From positions 20,742 to 84,741 of the forward strand of contig CAZBEO010000001.1 of assembly GCA_964490935.1 (NCBI GenBank): DNA of 64,000 nt. The letters are read 5' to 3'. The first letter of the stretch is position 1. Each line of letters begins with the position of its first letter. The notes under the pieces are model-generated. The model was not told where the DNA came from. It ran no database searches and was given only the letters and a program-made list of their open reading frames with translations. Positions 18,992-26,600 of the stretch are shown in pieces. The DNA comes from an uncultured Verrucomicrobiota bacterium (lineage in GTDB: Bacteria > Verrucomicrobiota > Kiritimatiellia > RZYC01). The translations under genes were made by a program, and so were the position numbers.

Positions 18992-21900
18992 ATGCAAAAA
19001 ATATGGCGGTATGTGCAAAAAAGTGTGAAGCGGTATCGTTATGTGTCGCCTCTTGTGATGGGTTTTGTTTTTGGTTTATGCCGCATGGCCGCCGCGGCAC
19101 TCCCCGCAGATTTTCCTGCCATCACGGTGCCGGTATGCAGTGCTCCGTCCGAAGGCGATATCTTTCTGAGCAATTTCACGCAGGATTCGGATGTAAGTAC
19201 GACCCCGTATCTAATCATACTGAACAACGCAGGGGAGCCGATTGAATACCGAAGGCTGGACAGTCCGGTTAATACGGATTTCAAACGGCAGCCCAGCGGA
19301 GCAACCACGTATTTTCAACTGATGGATACCAACACCCTGGGAACCAATAAGTTTGCGTTCCACTTTGTGGATCGAAACCTGAATTCCACGGGAACCATCT
19401 CGGCGGTTACCACCGGCTTAATCACTGCGCTGACAGCGGAATGGATGACGGATGTTCACGAACTCCGTATGCAGGATAATGGACACGGCTACCTGCTGGC
19501 GTATCGTTTGACTCCCACCAACATGCTTTCTTATGGAGGAAAACTCAACGCGTTTGCCATCGACATGGCTATCCAGGAGGTGGATGCCGCCGGCAATCTT
19601 TACTGGCAATGGTCGCCTGAGAACTTCTTTACCCATCAAAACACCACGCCCGATGTGCCGCTGACCAACCGGATCGTTGATTATGCCCATTGCAATGCCG
19701 TTGATATCGATACAGACGGCCATATACTGCTTTCCACGCGCTACTTTGATGAAATTACCAAGATCAACCGGCAGACGGGTGAAATCATCTGGCGCATGGG
19801 GGGGAGTGCCTGCAGCAACAACCAGTTTACCTTTATCAATGATGATCAGCCGCAGGACGGGGGCGGCACCTTCACCGGGTTTTCCCACCAGCACGGGGTC
19901 CGCCGTCTTGCCAACGGAAACATCCTGCTCTTTGATAACGGCCACCTGAAGAACCCACCCTATTCGCGTGCGGTGGAGTATGCTGTAAACGAAGGGACGC
20001 TTACCGCCGAGAAGGTCTGGTCCTATACCCATTCTCCGCCGATTTCATCCACGGAGATGGGGTTTGCTCAGCGTCTGGCCAATGGCAATACTTTCATCTG
20101 CTGGGGCGGAAGTACCAGTCAGGTTGCCATTACCGAAGTGACGGCACAAAGCAACGTGGTCTTTGAGCTGACGCTGCCCGAAGGCGTGCACACCTACCGC
20201 GCGTTTAAACAATCCTGGACCACGAATATCTCCCCCACGAACACCTTTCTGCCGCCGCCGTATCGTCCGGATGGATGGCCCGCTCAGCACATGGGCGCGC
20301 ACAATTCCGACTGGGTGCCCCGCGAGATGCTGGACCTGCAGCAGACGAATGAAATGGCGAACGTACGGTTCATGTTGCGTGACCCGGCCAATCCGGTGGT
20401 CTGTGCCGGTGGAGGGGTGATTGTGGTATTGGACGGAAAGGAATATTTTATTGTCACGACCAGCTCGGTTAAATATCCCAATCTGTGCGCCCTGGATATG
20501 ACCGACGGGAGCGTCTACTGGCAATCCGCCCCGCTGACCAATGCCCCGTTTGGACAGTCTGCTCCCGGACCCGATTCCTGCGCCTCCACCGTGGCGCCCA
20601 TCGCCGATAAATATGGCAACATTTATCTGGCGGACTGTCATTATGTGTATTGTTACCGCATCGAAGCCCTCCCTGATGCGAGCGGGTATCAGCCGTGGAT
20701 ATGGCGTCAGCCCATGCCCAACCTGAAAATCTACAGCGATGTAGACGGCCTGTGGCACCCATCGAGTGATCCAACGGCGGCTGATACAAAGGGTTTCCCG
20801 TTTATGTCGTTTGTGCTTACCCCTGAAGTAGACGAAAACTATTACGTGGGCGGGTTTACGGTGCAGGGAGAAACCTTCATGTTTGATCACATCGACGGCA
20901 CCCTGGCGGGCGCGACGTATCTGGAAACCAACATGATCGGCACCGTCTCCAATCAGCCGCCCTGTGATCCGTACCTGTTTGCCGAAACCAACAATCCGAT
21001 GATTATGAGTTCAAACAATCCCATTCTGTTCGGCATCTGGGCAACCGGCATTACCAACACGGTGGATCCGGACCTGAAATATTTTATGAATCCCTGTCAG
21101 TTGAAGGGATATATGGAGGCCGGAACCTTCGGCATCGGAGCCATGGTGGCCAACAACCCCTGTATGATGAAAAATCCTACCAATCCGGCGGCCTGCCGTC
21201 TGTTTGTTGCGGGCGGGCAGTCCGAATATCTTAAGCAGTGGGATGTGGATACCAATACGCCCGATGTCATCATGTATGCCGTTGATTTTGATCCGACCGC
21301 CTCGTATTCCGGGCGGCTGGCCGTCTGCAACTACGACATCACAAACTACGTCGACTCCACGCCGCAGTTTGCCTTTAACGGGAGAATGGTTGACGGAGAG
21401 AGTTCCGCCACATCGCCCGACCTTTCCTATAACGAAAAGTGGCTTTTCTGCAGTGATAAAGCCGGGTCAAACTACTGCTTCGATACCCGGTCCGGCACCA
21501 CCGTCTGGTCCTACGACACCGGGGAGGCGCTGGGTTCTCCGACCACCTTTCAGAACGAAGACGAAGACGGCAACTTTCTATATATGACCATGGCCGGTTA
21601 TGATCCGTGGGCCTTCATGATCAACGCGGAAACCGGGCAGATTGCCTCCAACGAAACCTACGGACTGCTGGTGCGCAAACTTCCGCTTTCGCTCTATGTC
21701 CAAAGAAACTGCTGGCGCACGAATGAAGCCTATCAGCAGGTGTTTCAAAACACCGAAGGCTTTTTCACAAAGAACGCCATAGGCTCTTCGATCATATCCG
21801 GATGCAGTAACCGGGTCGAAATGATCTTCACCGTTGGATGGAAATATCCCATTCATATGCCTCCTGCGCTTGCGAATATGGCCACCATCCCGACCCATCA

Positions 21901-22429
21901 GCAGGTCGTATATCTGGACGTTGATAAACTGTGGAACAGCACCAACATGGCCGACCTTATTGCGGCGACCTACATGGACACCAACGGCACCAGTGAAGCC
22001 GGCTTTATTCCCAGTCCTTTAGGTAATCAGCGCGGAATTATGTTCTATATTTCTCAATCCTGCTGCATGGCCCAGTTCATGGATGTGAACAGTGCCGAAG
22101 GGCGGTTTGATTCGGGGCTGTATGCCTACCTGTATATGCCCGAAGACATGCGCTCACTGTATATGAAACCCTATGGCGGGCTCGGGCTGTTTAAGATTCC
22201 CTACGTCCCCGATTTTGCTGTTACGTCCATCGAACAGACCAACCAGAATCTCGCCTTGCAGTGGGATGCCAACCCCCCGGATGGAACGTTCACCGTGCAG
22301 TCCACGGATAATCTCATCCTGCCCGATTGGCAGCCGGCCGAACCAACGAACTTCTGGCCCTTTGCCGGGACCGTTTGGACGACCCAGTGCAGCAGCCCGC
22401 TGTTTTACCGGTTGATACTGGAACCCTGA
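18992..22429 (+). CDS. large secreted protein: arylsulfotransferase (ASST)-like N-terminal beta-propeller plus C-terminal PQQ-like repeat region
   Basis: ASST-like motifs HCNAVDIDTDGHILLSTRYFDEITKINRQTGEIIW and HQHGVRRLANGNILLFDNG. Later repeats (SVYWQS, TTVWSYDTGEALGSP). AAGGAG RBS. Confidence 0.55.
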   Translation: MQKIWRYVQKSVKRYRYVSPLVMGFVFGLCRMAAAALPADFPAITVPVCSAPSEGDIFLSNFTQDSDVSTTPYLIILNNAGEPIEYRRLDSPVNTDFKRQPSGATTYFQLMDTNTLGTNKFAFHFVDRNLNSTGTISAVTTGLITALTAEWMTDVHELRMQDNGHGYLLAYRLTPTNMLSYGGKLNAFAIDMAIQEVDAAGNLYWQWSPENFFTHQNTTPDVPLTNRIVDYAHCNAVDIDTDGHILLSTRYFDEITKINRQTGEIIWRMGGSACSNNQFTFINDDQPQDGGGTFTGFSHQHGVRRLANGNILLFDNGHLKNPPYSRAVEYAVNEGTLTAEKVWSYTHSPPISSTEMGFAQRLANGNTFICWGGSTSQVAITEVTAQSNVVFELTLPEGVHTYRAFKQSWTTNISPTNTFLPPPYRPDGWPAQHMGAHNSDWVPREMLDLQQTNEMANVRFMLRDPANPVVCAGGGVIVVLDGKEYFIVTTSSVKYPNLCALDMTDGSVYWQSAPLTNAPFGQSAPGPDSCASTVAPIADKYGNIYLADCHYVYCYRIEALPDASGYQPWIWRQPMPNLKIYSDVDGLWHPSSDPTAADTKGFPFMSFVLTPEVDENYYVGGFTVQGETFMFDHIDGTLAGATYLETNMIGTVSNQPPCDPYLFAETNNPMIMSSNNPILFGIWATGITNTVDPDLKYFMNPCQLKGYMEAGTFGIGAMVANNPCMMKNPTNPAACRLFVAGGQSEYLKQWDVDTNTPDVIMYAVDFDPTASYSGRLAVCNYDITNYVDSTPQFAFNGRMVDGESSATSPDLSYNEKWLFCSDKAGSNYCFDTRSGTTVWSYDTGEALGSPTTFQNEDEDGNFLYMTMAGYDPWAFMINAETGQIASNETYGLLVRKLPLSLYVQRNCWRTNEAYQQVFQNTEGFFTKNAIGSSIISGCSNRVEMIFTVGWKYPIHMPPALANMATIPTHQQVVYLDVDKLWNSTNMADLIAATYMDTNGTSEAGFIPSPLGNQRGIMFYISQSCCMAQFMDVNSAEGRFDSGLYAYLYMPEDMRSLYMKPYGGLGLFKIPYVPDFAVTSIEQTNQNLALQWDANPPDGTFTVQSTDNLILPDWQPAEPTNFWPFAGTVWTTQCSSPLFYRLILEP

Positions 22430-23343
22430 CCCCGAAGGTGGAAGCGCTCGATGAGGGCGGCGCGTTCCTCTTCGTTGCTTCGCTCATATTCCGCCTGCGC
22501 ATATTCGTAGAACCGCCCGTCGGGAGGGCGGACGAAAAGGAGCTGTTCGCGTATCCAGTCAAGGGCGCGGGCGAGGGCTTCGGGCGCGAGGGGCGGGGCT
22601 TCGGAATCGAGGCGGTCGGTCCGCACCATCGTCTCTTCACCCAAGGCCTGGGTGAACGCTTCCACGGCGGCCTCATCCGATGGGCGTTCGATGAGGCAAA
22701 GCAGAAGGTCCGGTCGTTTCGCCAAAGGCGCGAGGCTGCCGCTCTGGCCGGAGACGGCGTCGCCAATCCAAGCGGCGAAGGCGGGACGCGGGGACGCAAA
22801 GACGGCGCCGATTTCCGCGCCGGTTCCATACCCCGCGAGAAGTTGTACGCCGGGCAGGATGCGGCAGTCTTTCATCGCGGCACGATAGGTGCAGAGGAGC
22901 GCAGCGAGTACTTTTTCTTCCGGGAGCGAGGGCGGCAGATTGGGTGCCAGCAGTATCCAGCCGCGTGCGCAAAAGACCTCGGCAAGAGCCTCCTGCTGCT
23001 CCGTTTCGAGGTGCGCGGAAACGACAGCCAGCGGGTAACGCTGCGAGGGATGCGCGTCGTAGTCGGCGGGCAGATACAAATCATAGGCGTAGGTTCCCCG
23101 ACGCAGAAGCAACACCCGCTCGCCGATAAAGAAGGGATCGTCGGCTGGAAAATACGTTTCGGCGTGCTGGTTCGTCCAGCAGGGAGCGAGCGAGGCAGGT
23201 GGCGGTGCAGGCGCGGCCAAAACCGTCGCACCGGCACAGATTAAGAGGAACAGCAACCCCAGTCCGAGTGAGTTATCACCCCGGACGGGGTGAAGGCCTA
23301 TAGCCCAGGGTCGGCAGACCCTGGGTTTCTCATTCTCCAACAT
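22405..23343 (-). CDS. putative secreted alpha/beta-hydrolase-fold protein (start uncertain)
   Basis: Signal-peptide-like LGLGLLFLLICAGATVLAAPA followed by a ~280 aa hydrolase-like body. The in-frame ATG at 23343 lies inside a repeat element; an alternative TTG lies near 23256. The long ORF-track extension runs across repeats. Confidence 0.4.
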   Translation of the reverse strand: MLENEKPRVCRPWAIGLHPVRGDNSLGLGLLFLLICAGATVLAAPAPPPASLAPCWTNQHAETYFPADDPFFIGERVLLLRRGTYAYDLYLPADYDAHPSQRYPLAVVSAHLETEQQEALAEVFCARGWILLAPNLPPSLPEEKVLAALLCTYRAAMKDCRILPGVQLLAGYGTGAEIGAVFASPRPAFAAWIGDAVSGQSGSLAPLAKRPDLLLCLIERPSDEAAVEAFTQALGEETMVRTDRLDSEAPPLAPEALARALDWIREQLLFVRPPDGRFYEYAQAEYERSNEEERAALIERFHLRGQGSSINR

Positions 23344-23366
23344 CCCATGCACCCCGGATGGGGTGC
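23262..23366. repeat. ~100-bp MITE-like dispersed repeat, copy A (inverted relative to copy B at 50794..50890)
   Basis: The reverse complement aligns nearly base-for-base with 50794..50890. It ends in a GCACCCC-N4-GGGGTGC hairpin followed by T8 (23371..23380). Confidence 0.55.
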
Positions 23367-23462
23367 GTGTTGTTTTTTTTGTCGGCTTCCCGGGGTCCGA
23401 TGACCCCGTGCCTTTCTCCCCGGCCCCTCCGGGGCCATCATGACGCTGACTTTTGTCGGTAT

Positions 23463-23560
23463 TTCCAACGATTGGAAAAAACGTCTGAAATAGTGCCAAC
23501 GATTGGAAAAACCGTAGCTGCACAGCAGTCCCGCCCACGCGGGATTTCCAATGGTTGGAA
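23463..23560. promoter_or_regulatory. three palindromic TTCCAA-N3-TTGGAA(AAAA) sites (23463..23477, 23495..23508, 23546..23560)
   Basis: Seen directly in the sequence, in the region upstream of the hydrolase gene and downstream of the giant gene. Each site is followed by an A-run. Preceded by the 13-nt GACTTTTGTCGGT, which is shared with the 50896 locus. Confidence 0.35.
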
Positions 23561-23604
23561 AAAACGATTTGAGCGGTTTTTGGCGTGCCGGGTTTCATGG
23601 TGGA

Positions 23605-26600
23605 TCAGGGTATCGAAACTCGGGTGCGGATGTAAAGGGTGCCGTGATTGGTGACGGGTATTTGGATGGCCCCGCCGGTGCCCGGGATGTTGGTCTGGAC
23701 CGCATTCCACTGAGGCGTGGTTAGGTTGGTGGTGGAGTAGATGTGATAGATGCGGTCGGACGCGGTGAAGAAGGTGACGTAGTCCTGCGAGGAGGAGGCG
23801 ACGGGGTTGACGGCAAAGAGCGAGGCGGGATCGGTGGGATCGGTGTGGGCGGTATATTCATCGCGATTGGACATGCCGTCGCCATCGGTATCGTCGTCAG
23901 ACTGGGCCGCGGTGGGGCTGGCGAAGTAGGTGTTTTCCCAGGTGTCGGGAAGTCCGTCGGAATCAGCATCGCCGGTGCAGCCGGTGATTGTCTGGGCGGT
24001 GTTAAGCGATCCACGTGTGGCGTCGGTGGCTGCAGCCCAAGTGAAATCGGCGTAGGTTGTTCCGGCTCCGGAAAGCTGGAGCGAGCGTCCGAGGGCGAGG
24101 GTGGTGGATTCGCTCACGCCGATGTCGGTGGAAAGCGTGCCGACGGCGAGGTTGTTGGCGGCGGTAAAGACCCCTTCATAACTCAGGAACTGAATGACGG
24201 CGGAGTCGGAGCGGCGAACGAGTGCGAGACCGTCGGGTGAGCCGTTTTGCAGGCCGGGCATATCGAACCAGAGGGTGCCAAAGCCGCATCCTTCGTCGGG
24301 CAGGAGGCCGGAAAGGGAGATCGCGCCGGCGTAGGCTTCTCCGTTATAGCCGTTGTAAGGAATGAGGGTGTAGTTGGTAAGGCTGATCCCGGCGGGACCG
24401 GCGATTTCAACGCCTTCATTGGTGTCACCACCGTCGTTATCATAATGGATTTCATTGATCCAAACGGAAGCGGACTCGGCAATACGCAGGGTCACGTCTT
24501 CGAAGTCGACCCCATCATCGCCAACGGCATAGAAGGTGCAGGTGTAGATGCCTACCGGTTGTGCCTGAGCCCAAGTGAAGGTTCCGGAGCCGTTCGTGGA
24601 GCCGAACGTTGCTCCGGATGGAGCGTTGCTGACGGAGAGCGTGATGGGTTCATTGTCGGGATCGGTGGCGGTGACGGCGAAGGAGAGTGAGCTGCCTTGC
24701 AGGGCCGTTTTCCCGCCGATAGCGGTAAGGACCGGCGGATTCGTGTTGCCGATGCGTACTTCCAGGGTGATGGTTTCGGAGTCGGTGAGGCGTCCATCGG
24801 TGGCATAGAAGGTGCAGGTGTAGACGCCGAGAGGATTCGGAGTGAGCCACTCGAACGTATCGCTGAGGAAGGTGGATCCCGCAGGGGCGTTGCTGACGGA
24901 ATAGGTGATGGCGTCGCCATTGTAGTCGGTGGCGTGGACCGTGAAATTCAGGGAGTTGCTCTCGATGACCGATTGGTTACCGATGGGGTTCAGCACGGGC
25001 GGCAGGTTGGTTTCGCCGTTGCAGGGATAAATGAGTTGATGTTCGTTGAGCCACCCGGGCGTGGCGGAATTGGTGGGGTTCGACCAGATGAATTCCATGT
25101 AGTTGGTGCCGAGGCCGCTGAGTTGGAGCGAGTTGCCGATGGGCGTGGTGTCGTTGGATTCACGCACGACGACATCCAGGGAATACTCGCCTGCGGCGGG
25201 ACCGTTGATGGCCAGGAAGGTGGGGCTGTAGCTGAGCAGCACAACGAGGTTCGTCCAATCACGAACCAGGGCGATGCCGCCGGTCTGCTGAAGGATTTTG
25301 GTGAATGGGACGGCGCCGTAGCCGCACCCTTCATCCGGGAGGACGCCGCTCAGCGCGTTGCTGGCATAGACGGAGCCATCGGTGCGGTAATAAAAGAGGG
25401 CGTAATAGGCTAGGTCCAACCCGGCGGTTCCGGCGATTTCCACGAACTCGCCGGTGTCGGTTCCATCGTTGTCGTAATGGAATTCGTTGATCCAGAGATC
25501 GCCTTCGGCAAGCACCTCGATGGTGATGGCCTCTGAGTCGATGCCGTCGTTGTCCACAGCTTGGAAGGTGGTGGTGTAGACACCACATACGGCGGTGTTG
25601 GACCAAGTGAAGACGCCGGTGTCGTCCAGCGAAACAAACGTGGCGCTTGGCGGTAGGTCGAAGGCCGAGAGGGTGATGGATTCCTCATCCGGGTCGACGG
25701 CAGTCACGGAAAATTGCAGGGTTTGATTCTGGATGACATGCCGGTTTCCAATGGGCTGAAGCACGGGCGCATTGGTGGCGGGGCTGACGGTGATCTTCAC
25801 GGAATCACTGTCGGCGCCATCGGTGTCGGTGGCGTAGAATACACACGTGTAGGCCCCCGCGGGTGCGGCATTGCTCCAGGTGAACAGGCCGAGTCCCGCC
25901 TCAGCGGAAAAATTCGCACCGGCGGGCAGATTGCTCACGGTCATGGTAATGGCATCGCCATCGGCATCGGTGGCGGCAACTTCAAAGGAGAGGGTGAGCC
26001 CTGTGGTGATGATCTTGTCGGCCACGTTCTGAATGACCGGCGCCTGCGCGCCGGAGGCCACCGTGATGATGACGGTTTCCGTGCCTGCACCATCATTATC
26101 TACGGCATAGAAGGTGGTGGTGTAGACGCCGGCCGGCACCGCCGAAGCCCAAGAGAACGTGCCGGTGGCTCCACTCGAATTGAACGTGGAGCCGGGTGGC
26201 GCATTGCTGACGCTTAGCGTGATTACATCGCCATTGACATCCACGGCGGTGATTGTGAATTCCAGCGCATTGCTTTGCACGACAATGGGATTACGGATCG
26301 GATAAATGGCAGGAGGTTGCTCTCCGGCGTCGGCGCTGGGGTACATACGCTGAAGTTCATTCAGCAGGCCGTGCGATGCAGCCAAGCCGTTATCCTGCCA
26401 GATAAAATCAGCATACGCGGTGCCCAAGCCGGTGAGCTGAAGCGAGCAGCCCGTCTCTGCGCCGGACTCGGACCCAATGTTCTCGGAGGATTCTTCGGCG
26501 GCTGGCCCAGTCACGCCCACCATGACGCCTTCGTAACTGATAAACTGCACGAGGTTCGTTTCATCCATGACCAGCGCGATGCCTTCCGTTTCGTTCTGCA

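Noticed and set aside
23344-23598. N-terminal 85 residues of the hydrolase ORF as listed in the ORF track
   Set aside because: The region consists of the MITE-like repeat, hairpins and the palindromic site array, so it is much more likely to be regulatory DNA than coding sequence.
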